A stretch of DNA of 64,000 bases. Origin: a virus. Under the pieces are notes generated by a model. That model was not told the DNA's origin, ran no database searches, and saw nothing but the letters and a program-made list of their open reading frames with translations. Position 1 is the stretch's first letter. Each line of letters begins with the position of its first letter. Location: IMG/VR virus record IMGVR_UViG_3300045988_106448, one strand, 5' to 3'. Made by a program: the position numbers and the translations under genes. This document shows positions 27,042 through 36,528 of this stretch, one piece after another.

Positions 27042-28473
27042 AAAAATTATGGCATTTGACAGAAACCAATGGAAGGCAGCTTCACTTGATACGGTGAAGA
27101 AAACTGTAAAAGAAGGTAAACAACATGACACGTTCTTCGGGAACCGCAGTGGCAACCGTGCGAACTTTTACAAGAATGAAGATGGCGTGGTAGTGAAACG
27201 TGTACTCCCACCGCACAAACCGGGGGATTCCCCATACGTTCCCTCTATGACCGCTCAGTTGGAGTGTGAAGTGGAAAAGTATGACAAGGAAGGTAAAGTT
27301 ACCGGAAAGGAAGTCGCTAACAAGAAAATTTTCATCGCTACTCTTCATGGTGGTTACGAGAAAGACCCGATTGAAGAATACATTCGCCGAGTGTACATGA
27401 AGGCAGATGAGAACTACCAAGACAAGGAGGAAAAGGCAAAATTCTTAGCCCCTGTTACCGGGTACAGAATTAAAAGTTCTGGGAAGTGGGTATGGGGTAT
27501 TAAACCTCGGTTGGAGTACGTTTGTTATATGTACATCAACAAAGAGATATACCGGGATACTTTTGACCCGAAACTGATGGAAGCACTGAACCGTGAATCT
27601 GAGAAATTGTGCGCCCAAAACGAGGACGAAACGGCAATTGATATGTTCAGTGATCCGACCACGGGTTTCCCTATTCAATGGGATCAATTCAAGGATGACA
27701 AGGGTAAACGGCAGGTAGATATCAAACCGTTACCGTTGAAACGTAACGAAACGTGGGACGAGTATTTCGAGAAACATCAGGTGCCGGATGCAGTTCTTGA
27801 TAAGTTGATGGAAATGAAGAGCCTGAAAGAATTGTACGTGAATTGCTACCGCAAACGTGACTTTGAATTGGCTTTGGACGGTTTGAAACGTTTTGACGAC
27901 AAGAACGGGTACGGTATATTTGCAGACGATGAATTCCTTGATTTCATCGAGGACATGGCTGCACAGGTAGAGGCAAACGAAGGAACTCAACCTGAGGAGG
28001 GTGCTGCCGATGATCTACCGTTTGAGGAAGTGCCTGAAAAAGAGGAAAAGAAGAGTGCCCCGGTTGCTAAAGTCCCTGCAAAGAAAGCCCCGACGCCTGC
28101 CAAGAAGAAAGCAGAACCTACCGATGAGGAAAAGTTGGCTATCGTGAATGTGGAATTCGTGCGGCAGTACGGTGATGACTACGCTGAATTAGAATTAGAG
28201 GGTGAAGAACTTGAGGAGGCGTATCAATTGGCTATCAAACACGAAGACCTCGGTTATGACATTGACCATGTACCGGGTTGGGATCAACCGGAGGAAGAGC
28301 CAGAACCTGAAGAGGAGCCCGCTCCAGAACCTCCTAAAAAGACACCGGGTAAGAAAACCACGGCAGCAGCCGCCCCGGTTACACCCCCGGCAAACGCTAA
28401 CAGTAGCGATGGCAAACGGGCAGCAGATAAGATACGTGAGATGCGTGAAAGACGTAAACAACAACAGCAGTAA
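27025..28473 (+). CDS. putative ssDNA-binding protein (gp32-like) with acidic/PK-rich C-terminal tail
   Basis: N-terminal region has the FYKNEDGVVVKRVLPPHKPGDSPY...H pattern reminiscent of T4 gp32. Acidic block EEEPEPEEEP then a basic tail. Sits in the replication module. Confidence 0.35.
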   Translation: MIIVNRKIMAFDRNQWKAASLDTVKKTVKEGKQHDTFFGNRSGNRANFYKNEDGVVVKRVLPPHKPGDSPYVPSMTAQLECEVEKYDKEGKVTGKEVANKKIFIATLHGGYEKDPIEEYIRRVYMKADENYQDKEEKAKFLAPVTGYRIKSSGKWVWGIKPRLEYVCYMYINKEIYRDTFDPKLMEALNRESEKLCAQNEDETAIDMFSDPTTGFPIQWDQFKDDKGKRQVDIKPLPLKRNETWDEYFEKHQVPDAVLDKLMEMKSLKELYVNCYRKRDFELALDGLKRFDDKNGYGIFADDEFLDFIEDMAAQVEANEGTQPEEGAADDLPFEEVPEKEEKKSAPVAKVPAKKAPTPAKKKAEPTDEEKLAIVNVEFVRQYGDDYAELELEGEELEEAYQLAIKHEDLGYDIDHVPGWDQPEEEPEPEEEPAPEPPKKTPGKKTTAAAAPVTPPANANSSDGKRAADKIREMRERRKQQQQ

Positions 28474-28483
28474 GAACGCAGGG

Positions 28484-28512
28484 AGCCCGTCTAACAAACG
28501 GGCTTCTTTAAC
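28484..28512 (+). terminator. rho-independent terminator (agcccgt-ctaacaa-acgggct + TCTTTAAC)
   Basis: 7-bp stem plus U-rich tail directly after the 27025..28473 stop. Confidence 0.5.
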
Positions 28513-28521
28513 TTCCTTAAT

Positions 28522-29556
28522 ATGGGTAAACAAGCGATAGCGATAATAAGTACCGATAAACACCTGAACGAAAACAACGCATTAGAACTTCTTGATCTTG
28601 CGGATCAGGAAATAAATCTGGCGCATGAATTAGGTGTTAATACGGTGATATGGCTAGGGGATATCTTTGATTCCCGTATTAGCCAACGACAAGAATTGCT
28701 CACGTGCCTTGACCAGATGTTGGATATGTATGCGGATGCTGATCTTTCATTGATTTGCATACCCGGCAACCATGACAAAACGGATTACGAGGCGGATGAA
28801 AGTTTCCTAACTCCGTACCGTCACCACCCTAATTTTGATTTAATAGAAACCCCGCAGGCACGGGTAATTGAAGGTATTGATTTTGATTTCGTGCCCTTTT
28901 ACAGTCAGGACGTGTGGTTAAAGAAGTTTGCCACGTTGACACCCCCGGCGGGTAAGAAATCCGTACTGTGTAGTCACACGGCGGTTCAGGGTTCTATTAA
29001 TAATGACGGGCGTGAAGTGAGTAGTAAGATTAAATTGAAACTCCTGACCAAGTACGGCAAAGTGTTTTTAGGGCATTACCACAACGCACAACAACCGGGA
29101 GCCACGGTGTTTCACCTACCGAGTACTCGACAAAATAATTTCGGTGAAGATGACGAAAAGGGTTTTACCGTGCTGTACAGTGACCTCTCAACAACGTTGG
29201 TAAAGGGTCAATTTAAGCCGTACAAGACGATAGCGTTGGAAGCCTCTACCGTTACCCCCAAACAGTTAAAAGAACTGTCTGAGACCGATACAGAGGAGTG
29301 TAACGTGCGGGTAGTTTTAACGGGTACACGAGAGGATGTGAAATCTATCAACAAGAAAATGTTAGAGCAGAAAGGTATCGTTATAAAAACCAAGTATGAT
29401 GACATAGAAGTTGTGGAAACCGAAGAGGTTGAAGTGCTGCAAGAACTTTCTGGAAGCGATTTAAAGGAGAAATTTAAAACCTTTTGCGAAGAGAAAGGGT
29501 ACGAGTATGAAGAAGGCTTTAAACTATTAAAAGAAGTAATGAAATGGCAGGAATAG
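28522..29556 (+). CDS. sbcD: SbcD/Mre11-like nuclease
   Basis: Calcineurin-like phosphoesterase motifs: TDKH, WLGDIFDSR, GNHD, GHYH. Confidence 0.7.
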   Translation: MGKQAIAIISTDKHLNENNALELLDLADQEINLAHELGVNTVIWLGDIFDSRISQRQELLTCLDQMLDMYADADLSLICIPGNHDKTDYEADESFLTPYRHHPNFDLIETPQARVIEGIDFDFVPFYSQDVWLKKFATLTPPAGKKSVLCSHTAVQGSINNDGREVSSKIKLKLLTKYGKVFLGHYHNAQQPGATVFHLPSTRQNNFGEDDEKGFTVLYSDLSTTLVKGQFKPYKTIALEASTVTPKQLKELSETDTEECNVRVVLTGTREDVKSINKKMLEQKGIVIKTKYDDIEVVETEEVEVLQELSGSDLKEKFKTFCEEKGYEYEEGFKLLKEVMKWQE

Positions 29557-30503
29557 AAGATTTAGTAAATAATTTACAAAAGAAGTTCGGTAAAGAAACC
29601 GTGGTAACTGAACCCGCTGACGTGGACTTTTGTTCATCCGGTTCTATGGGATTGGATTTGGCGTTGGGCGGTGGCTACGCTTTCGGGCGTATTATAGAGT
29701 TACGTGGGTTTGAATCTTCCGGCAAAACTACTCTAGCGCTGCACGCCATACGAGAAGCACAAAAGGCAACCGGAAAGGCGGTTGTTTACGTTGACCGTGA
29801 GAACGCTTTGGATTTAAATTACGCTTCCTCTATCGGGGTAGACGTAGACCCGTCCAAATTCATCTTATGTCAACCCGACACGGCTGAGGAATGTCTCGAG
29901 GTGGTGCGGGAAGTAATTAAATCGAAAGACATTTGTGCGGTCGTGGTGGATAGCGTGGCAGCCATGTTTCCTAAATGCTATTTGGACGCTGACGTGGGTG
30001 ACGCCAAGATGGGGGTTCTCGCTCGTTTGATGTCCGCATGGTTACCGGGTTTCGTTGGGGATATGAAATCCAATAATATATTAGGGATATTCATTAACCA
30101 ATACCGTGAGAAGATTGGCGTCTTTTACGGTGATCCTACCACCACCCCCGGCGGTAAATCTTTGGGTTATTACGCCTCTCAGATTATTACCATAGCCAAG
30201 TCTGGAACGGTGGGTGATAAGGGTGAGGAAACTGCCATACACGTGAAATTGAAGGTGGCTAAGAACAAGGTTGCTCCTCCCCTACGGACGACTGAATTTG
30301 ATATTCGCTTTGGAGAGGGTATTGACAAGCTGTCGGAACTCATAACGTTGGGAACTGAAAAGGAAGTTATCACTCGTGCGGGGGCTTTCTACCGTTTTGG
30401 TAATACCACGTTGGGTCAAGGGGCTGAACGTGCCCGGCAGTATTTGAAAGAACACCCTGACACGGCAAAGAAAATAGAGGAAGCAATTCTTAAAACGATT
30501 TAG
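29544..30503 (+). CDS. recA: RecA-family recombinase
   Basis: GSMGLDLALGGGYAFGRIIELRGFESSGKTTLALHAI...AVVYVDRENALD....VDVDPSKFILCQPDTAEE....VVDSVAAMFPK is collinear with bacterial RecA. Confidence 0.8.
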   Translation: MAGIEDLVNNLQKKFGKETVVTEPADVDFCSSGSMGLDLALGGGYAFGRIIELRGFESSGKTTLALHAIREAQKATGKAVVYVDRENALDLNYASSIGVDVDPSKFILCQPDTAEECLEVVREVIKSKDICAVVVDSVAAMFPKCYLDADVGDAKMGVLARLMSAWLPGFVGDMKSNNILGIFINQYREKIGVFYGDPTTTPGGKSLGYYASQIITIAKSGTVGDKGEETAIHVKLKVAKNKVAPPLRTTEFDIRFGEGIDKLSELITLGTEKEVITRAGAFYRFGNTTLGQGAERARQYLKEHPDTAKKIEEAILKTI

Positions 30504-30504
30504 T

Positions 30505-32505
30505 ATGAATTTGGTTTATTTACGTTTAGAGAATTTCCTGTCATTTAAAGAACTGTACCATGAATTTATTTCTGGTGCGGTTCTGGTACAGGGTAAGAAT
30601 CTCACCGAAATAGAAAGCAAGGAAACGAACGGGGCGGGTAAGAGTAGCATGGGCGCAGCCATAGCCAAAGCCGTTCTTGATAACGCCTTGCGTAAACAAG
30701 TCGTCGATGCCGATCTCATAACGTGGGGCGAAGAGGAGGCGCACATTTGGCTCGCCATGTACTGCCCGATCCGTAAGCAGACGTTAGAGATACATAGAAC
30801 GCTCCGTGTCAAGGGTGGGGCATCGTTGGAGTTAAAAGTAAATGAAGCCCGTGTTCAGGTGGCGACCCTTAAAGACGGCAACAATTACATTCTAAATTGG
30901 ATAGGGATAACTTCTGAGGATTTACGGAATTATTACTTTATCAATAAGGAGAATTTCAAGTCATTTGTTTCTTCATCGAACACCGATAAACTTTCCCTAA
31001 TAAGTAGGTTTATCAAAGCAGATGCCCTTGACGAAGTTGATGATATCGTGAAAGCCAAGAACGCCCCCATTAATGAACAAATAGAGGCGGCGTTGGTAGA
31101 GGTCAACACGGTACAGGGTGAATTAAACGCTTACACCACCCAATTAGAGAATGAGAAAGGGCGTGATCTCGAGGCAGAGCGTGACCAACAAATGCAGTCT
31201 TACATAGATAGAGTGGAAGATATCGCTACCGAGTTGGAACGCCACCAGAAGGACATTGAAAATTGTAACTTAGCGATAGAGGAATCTAACAAAACGATTG
31301 CCAAAGCCCAAGAAACTATTGACGTTACAAACAAGAAATTATCCAAGTTAGAATCTATTTCTTTTGAAGAGAAATACAGTGCCATTGATAAAGAACGTGC
31401 CACGGCAGATAAGGCTCTTGCGGAAGCCCGGCAGGAAATCAACGAGGTTAAGAATTTAGGGTTGGAATGTGAAGCGGAGATTAAACAACTTGAAACCTTC
31501 CTAAAAGGTGCTATCACGTGTCCTAAATGCGGGCATCATTTCGTACCAGATTCGGACGTGGAACTTACGGTGGAAGAGGCACAAGCTAAGATACGTGAAA
31601 ACAGGGAAGCCCAAACCCTAGCCGAAGTTGACATGGAAGAACTCAACGATCAGTTCAAAAAGTTGGCTGATCGGGTGGCAGAATTTGATAAGAAGTTTGT
31701 CAAGGTGCGCTCCGAAGAGCAAGAGAATGTTTCGGCGATGCGTGAAGTTCAGAAGTTGATAAGCCAATTAAAAGGTGATGTTGACCGTAGCAACGCCCGC
31801 ATAAAGATGTATCGTGCGCAAATTGCTGATAATGAAAAGAAGATTAGCAGGTGCGCCGAGGAGGCAGATTACATTGAAGCGCAGGCTAACAAGTTGGAAA
31901 GCCAACCCCTAATCAATCCTCGTGTTGATGAACTGGAAGAACAAATTGCGCTCGCCAACGTAAAACTAAAGAAGCGTGAGAAAACGGTGGACGCTTACCG
32001 TGAACTCGTGGCTAAGAACACGCAGTGGGGGCTAAGATTGAAAGAGTTTAAGATGTCTTTGGCTGTGGAACAGTTAAAGATTATTCAGAACTTCGCGAAT
32101 CGTTCCCTACAACAGCAAAAGTCTGAACTACGGGTGGCAATAGAGGGATTCAAGAAGGATTCAAAGGGGAAGGTTAAAAGTGAAATCACGGTGTACGTGA
32201 TTAACGGGGACGGTGAATATAAATCTTTCTGGTCTTTTAGCGGTGGCGAGCGTGCCCGTATTGAGATATCGTTAATCATAGCGATGGCGGAAATGATAAA
32301 CAGCACGAACAAATGGGGAGGGTTACACTTCTTGCAAATTGATGAAGTGTTAGAAGGTACTGACCCGTTAGGGCTTTCCCTATTGGTAGAATCTTTATCA
32401 GATTTCACGTACCCGATTTACATCATAAGCCATGTTATGAATATAAAAACAGGAGTGAAAACATTAACAATTGTAAAGGAGAAAGGATACAGTTATGTTG
32501 AGTAA
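30505..32505 (+). CDS. sbcC: SbcC/Rad50-like ATPase
   Basis: Walker A NGAGKSS. Long coiled coil with a central CPKCGHHF zinc hook. Signature SGGERARIEISL. Walker B LHFLQIDEV. Confidence 0.75.
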   Translation: MNLVYLRLENFLSFKELYHEFISGAVLVQGKNLTEIESKETNGAGKSSMGAAIAKAVLDNALRKQVVDADLITWGEEEAHIWLAMYCPIRKQTLEIHRTLRVKGGASLELKVNEARVQVATLKDGNNYILNWIGITSEDLRNYYFINKENFKSFVSSSNTDKLSLISRFIKADALDEVDDIVKAKNAPINEQIEAALVEVNTVQGELNAYTTQLENEKGRDLEAERDQQMQSYIDRVEDIATELERHQKDIENCNLAIEESNKTIAKAQETIDVTNKKLSKLESISFEEKYSAIDKERATADKALAEARQEINEVKNLGLECEAEIKQLETFLKGAITCPKCGHHFVPDSDVELTVEEAQAKIRENREAQTLAEVDMEELNDQFKKLADRVAEFDKKFVKVRSEEQENVSAMREVQKLISQLKGDVDRSNARIKMYRAQIADNEKKISRCAEEADYIEAQANKLESQPLINPRVDELEEQIALANVKLKKREKTVDAYRELVAKNTQWGLRLKEFKMSLAVEQLKIIQNFANRSLQQQKSELRVAIEGFKKDSKGKVKSEITVYVINGDGEYKSFWSFSGGERARIEISLIIAMAEMINSTNKWGGLHFLQIDEVLEGTDPLGLSLLVESLSDFTYPIYIISHVMNIKTGVKTLTIVKEKGYSYVE

Positions 32506-32549
32506 TTACAATTATAAAGGATATGACGAACCCCTAACCAATTATAACT

Positions 32550-33056
32550 ATGAACCGCAATTCTGATAATTGGACTGTGATAGGGGTTGATCCCGGTAAG
32601 GAAGGGTATTTCACCGTGATGAAGAAATCGGGTATAACTCAATACCCGATGCCGAAGGTGGGTAAAGAGATTGACCCCCATGCTCTAGGCGAGTTAATTA
32701 CCAATCTTTCATGCGAGTGTGACCCTAATAATAGCATCGTGGTTATAGAGGACGTACACGCCATACACGGGTCAGCGGCACAAGCCACGTTCAATTTCGG
32801 ATTCGTGTGTGGTATGATTCGTTTGGGGTTCATCATTTGTGGTATGCCGATCGTTATGGTAGCCCCCAAGAAATGGCAGAAGGAAATGTACGAGGGAATA
32901 AAAGCGAACCCCGACAAGAAGGTAATGTCCGTGCTTGCGGCTAAACGCCTGTTCCCTCAGCAGAATCTTTTGAGAACGCCCAACTGCAAGAAACCCGATG
33001 ATAACCTTACGGATAGTTTGTTAATAGCTGAATACGGAAGGAGGCATTACCTATGA
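32550..33056 (+). CDS. ruvC: RuvC-like Holliday junction resolvase
   Basis: VIGVDPGKEG, VVIEDVHAI, FNFGFVCGMI and C-terminal DDNLTDSLLIAEYG match the RuvC catalytic motifs. Confidence 0.6.
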   Translation: MNRNSDNWTVIGVDPGKEGYFTVMKKSGITQYPMPKVGKEIDPHALGELITNLSCECDPNNSIVVIEDVHAIHGSAAQATFNFGFVCGMIRLGFIICGMPIVMVAPKKWQKEMYEGIKANPDKKVMSVLAAKRLFPQQNLLRTPNCKKPDDNLTDSLLIAEYGRRHYL

Positions 33057-33397
33057 AGTACGTGTTAATGTGTAGAAATCAAATGTGTGCAGTATGTGAC
33101 ATTCCGGTGGAAACGCCACCGTACAAGATGAAGTACGACAAACGTAAGGGTAAAATGGTTCCCTACCTTGACACGCTTGAGGTATGTTCTATTTGCGGTG
33201 AGCCCTTGCGTTTTATGGAGGAGGAAACAACTATTCCGGAGTTTGGTGTAAATGGCTTTAAGAGCCTACCAGACGACAAAAAACGTGAGATATTACGTAA
33301 ACGGTTTGACAAGGATATGCGGACGGGCGGTAGCGAAGAGAAAGAGATGCGTAAAAGAAGTGCAATGAATAAATTTTTAGGAAGAGATGGGAATTAA
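33053..33397 (+). CDS. hypothetical Zn-ribbon protein
   Basis: 114 aa. CxxC...CxxC arrangement (CAVCD...CSICG). Confidence 0.3.
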   Translation: MKYVLMCRNQMCAVCDIPVETPPYKMKYDKRKGKMVPYLDTLEVCSICGEPLRFMEEETTIPEFGVNGFKSLPDDKKREILRKRFDKDMRTGGSEEKEMRKRSAMNKFLGRDGN

Positions 33398-34106
33398 AGT
33401 TTTAAGCCTTTTTGATGGCATTTCATGTGGTATGCTCGCGCTTCAACGGGCAGGAATAGAAGTTGATACTTATTATGCTAGCGAAATAGATGAATATGCT
33501 TTAAAAATTAGCCAACATCATTTTCCAGAAATTATTCAATTGGGTAATGTTGAAGAGTGGCAGAATTGGAATATTCCATGGGGTGAAATAGATTTATTGT
33601 TAGGAGGAAGTCCATGTCAAGGGTTTTCTAAAGTGGGTTTAGAGTTAAATTTTAATGATCCTCGTAGTAAATTAGTATTTGAATTTGCTGATATATTGGA
33701 TCATATTAAGCAGTACAATCCTCATGTTTTATTTTTATTAGAAAACGTTAAAATGAGGGAAGAATGGGCTGATATTATTTCCCAATTAGTTGGGGAAACT
33801 TATGAAGTTTACAATTCGGCTTTAGTATCTGCCCAAAACAGAGTAAGATATTATTGGTTTAATTGGGAATCTGCCACAGTACAAGATAGAAAAATTTGCC
33901 TGAAAGATATAATTCCGGATGCAGCTAGAAATAAAGCCAGAACAGTTCGTGTGAAAGGGGATGGGGTGAAATGGGGTGATAAACATGAATGGGATAGAGC
34001 CAACCCCGATAGAAAATACACGATGGAAGAATTAGAAATGTTGCAAACACTTCCTATTAAATACACCGATGTAGGAGGGGGCATGGTAAACGTCGTAAGG
34101 CAATAG
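33387..34106 (+). CDS. DNA (cytosine-5)-methyltransferase, frameshifted near C-terminus
   Basis: Motif I LFDGISCG, motif IV GGSPCQGFS, motif VI LLENV, motif VIII QNRVRYYW. The conserved motif X (AIGNCWTVDMIVEIFKMI) is in a different frame (34088..34156) after an A3 homopolymer. AT-rich gene. Confidence 0.65.
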   Translation: MGIKVLSLFDGISCGMLALQRAGIEVDTYYASEIDEYALKISQHHFPEIIQLGNVEEWQNWNIPWGEIDLLLGGSPCQGFSKVGLELNFNDPRSKLVFEFADILDHIKQYNPHVLFLLENVKMREEWADIISQLVGETYEVYNSALVSAQNRVRYYWFNWESATVQDRKICLKDIIPDAARNKARTVRVKGDGVKWGDKHEWDRANPDRKYTMEELEMLQTLPIKYTDVGGGMVNVVRQ

Positions 34107-34157
34107 GCAATTGTTGGACGGTAGATATGATTGTTGAAATTTTTAAAATGATTTAAT

Positions 34158-34475
34158 ATGATAACTAAAGAAATTTTTGATACCTGTAAAGGGGTCGTTA
34201 AGAATGCTGGCGTGAACCTGTTACTTCTCGACGTGTTTGGGGAAGTAAAGATTTACGTTGTGAATTTCGTGGTGTTAAAAACCCGTGAGAATCGTTATCA
34301 CGAAGTACGTGATGCACAGGATGTAACATCCATTATTCATACCATTGACAGGTTTGCCACCGGGTTGACAAACATGAAATTCATGGATAAAATTCAGTCC
34401 ATTCCAATGGAAAGTTTCAAATTCGGCACCGATAATTATATCTGGATGACAAAGGTAACTGAGAGTACACGGTAG
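34158..34475 (+). CDS. hypothetical protein
   Basis: 105-aa ORF. Confidence 0.3.
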   Translation: MITKEIFDTCKGVVKNAGVNLLLLDVFGEVKIYVVNFVVLKTRENRYHEVRDAQDVTSIIHTIDRFATGLTNMKFMDKIQSIPMESFKFGTDNYIWMTKVTESTR

Positions 34476-34502
34476 GGAGATTTATCCCTACTTTCTTTGT
34501 TG
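34472..34502 (+). terminator. rho-independent terminator (gtaggga-gatttat-tccctac + TTTCTTTGTTG)
   Basis: 7-bp stem and T-run immediately after the stop of 34158..34475. Confidence 0.5.
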
Positions 34503-34507
34503 TCTGG

Positions 34508-34515
34508 TAAATTTG
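34508..34515 (+). promoter_or_regulatory. Bacteroidetes -7 element TAaaTTTG upstream of ligA
   Basis: TAnnTTTG match 37 nt upstream of the ATG at 34552. Confidence 0.4.
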
Positions 34516-34551
34516 TGGTAGCTTTACAGCGTTAAAACAAATAAGCAAAAG

Positions 34552-36528
34552 ATGAAAAAGTCAGAAATAAAAGAATTACGTGAAACTTTGATAGGGCTAA
34601 ACGAAGCCTATCGGGAAGGCGAACCATTGGTATCAGATTTAGAATATGATGCGCTCGTGGAGCAGTTGCGTGACGCATCTCCTAACGATGAGTTTTTCAC
34701 TAAAGGTATTGTCGAAGAGGCTACCGATCGCATGGAGAAGTTACCGTTACCCATGTACAGTCTTGAAAAGATAAAGACTATTAAAGACCTGTGCAAGTGG
34801 TTACAAAAGATGAAGGCTGCTGGGAGCGAAATGGTTGTGTTGATGCCCAAGTTTGACGGGATCAGTTTATTATGTAATGAAACTGATTCTGGAATGTTTC
34901 AAGCATGGACACGTGGCGACGGGGTAGAAGGGCAACGTAGCGACGCTCATTTTTCGCACATGGATAATGGAATATTGGAGGTTGAACACACATCCATGCA
35001 CACGTGGGGGGAAGCCATAATGCCCAAGATAACATTTTCGCATTTAAAAGAGAACGCTTCAGATTTTACTTATAAGAACGCCCGTAATATGGTAGCAGGA
35101 ATGTTTAATTCTCCTACCGGATGGCAGAACAGTTATATCATGGATGTTGATTACGTTCGTTACGGGTGTGATTTACCAGAAGACAAGAATCAACAGCTTG
35201 TAAAGTTGCGTTCTGAATTTGATAACGTGTCAGATTCAATAGAGGTGGAAATTGACAAGCTGTTGTTAGCCGCCACGAATAATTTATTAAGTGATTTCAT
35301 TGATAACACGGCTTATCCTAGATTCAATAAGAAATACAAGATTGACGGTATCGTGTTTGAAGTGAACGAGTATGCCGTTAAGGAAAAGCTAGGACGCCTT
35401 CCTAACGGCAACCCGGCATACTCCATAGCTTTCAAGCGTGAAGAATGGTGTGACGTGTATCAAACACGTGTTGATCACATAGAATACGGGGTTGGTAAAA
35501 CGGGCGTCATTAACCCAGTTATCATCATAGAGCCGGTAGAGATGGACGGGGCAACCGTTAGCCGGGCAACCGCCTACAACATGAATCAGCTTATGGAGCG
35601 GCACATTTGCCGAGGGGCGTTAATTGAAATTATCCGGTCAGGCGACGTTATTCCTAAGCACTTGCAAACGTTAGAGTACAACGATTGGCAGTACGAAAAG
35701 ATGATGGATGAAATAACCGAGTGTCCGTCATGCGGTAAGTTGTTGCATTGGGATGAGAATCATGTACACATGGTTTGTAAGAACCCCTATTGCAAGGAAA
35801 GACGCATCAGTGAAATAGTGTACTTCTTCCGCACGTTAGGGTGTGAAGAGTTTGCAGAACCTACCGTTCGTAAGATGTTTGATGCCGGGTGGATTACCGA
35901 GTTATCAATTCTGGAAGCGTCTAAAGAACAGATGCAAGAACTTTTAGGAGATGCCACGGGGGCAACCGTGTTCGACCAAATTGGAAAAGTGGTTAATGGA
36001 GGAATTCCATACGCCCGTGTGCTGACAGCCTCTAACGTGTTTGGAGGGGTAATCGCCGAAACGTTGTGTCAAAAAATCATTGACGGGTTGCCAGAGGATT
36101 ATCAACAGTGGTTAGAAACCGGGCTACCGTTAGAAGGGGTTAACGCTCGTCAGCAATTGATAGATGCCATTACTCAAATAAAGGGTATTGGAGAAGCGTA
36201 TGCCACGGCATTTGTTCACGGATTACACAAGTTCCTATTGAAACCGTACCGAAGTTTGTTCTTGATTTCCTATTTCTCAAGCACGGGTGTCGTTCCGGTG
36301 GCTGAAAATCAGATGCACGTGTGCATGACCGGGTTTAGAGATAAACAATTGGAGGAAGCGTTGAAAGCCCAAGGACACGTCGTGTTGAACGGTGTAACCA
36401 AGGAATGCGACGTGTTGGTAGTGAAAGACCTGAATAGCACGTCATCCAAAATGACAACCGCTAAACAACGAGGAATCCGAATCGTAACTAGGGAGGAGTT
36501 TGAACGTGAGATATTGGTACAAAAATAA
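34552..36528 (+). CDS. ligA: NAD-dependent DNA ligase (LigA)
   Basis: N-terminal Ia domain (LRETLIGLNEAYREGEPLVSDLEYDALVEQLR). Adenylation motif MPKFDG. CPSCG...C Zn finger. HhH region. C-terminal BRCT-like segment. Confidence 0.85.
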   Translation: MKKSEIKELRETLIGLNEAYREGEPLVSDLEYDALVEQLRDASPNDEFFTKGIVEEATDRMEKLPLPMYSLEKIKTIKDLCKWLQKMKAAGSEMVVLMPKFDGISLLCNETDSGMFQAWTRGDGVEGQRSDAHFSHMDNGILEVEHTSMHTWGEAIMPKITFSHLKENASDFTYKNARNMVAGMFNSPTGWQNSYIMDVDYVRYGCDLPEDKNQQLVKLRSEFDNVSDSIEVEIDKLLLAATNNLLSDFIDNTAYPRFNKKYKIDGIVFEVNEYAVKEKLGRLPNGNPAYSIAFKREEWCDVYQTRVDHIEYGVGKTGVINPVIIIEPVEMDGATVSRATAYNMNQLMERHICRGALIEIIRSGDVIPKHLQTLEYNDWQYEKMMDEITECPSCGKLLHWDENHVHMVCKNPYCKERRISEIVYFFRTLGCEEFAEPTVRKMFDAGWITELSILEASKEQMQELLGDATGATVFDQIGKVVNGGIPYARVLTASNVFGGVIAETLCQKIIDGLPEDYQQWLETGLPLEGVNARQQLIDAITQIKGIGEAYATAFVHGLHKFLLKPYRSLFLISYFSSTGVVPVAENQMHVCMTGFRDKQLEEALKAQGHVVLNGVTKECDVLVVKDLNSTSSKMTTAKQRGIRIVTREEFEREILVQK

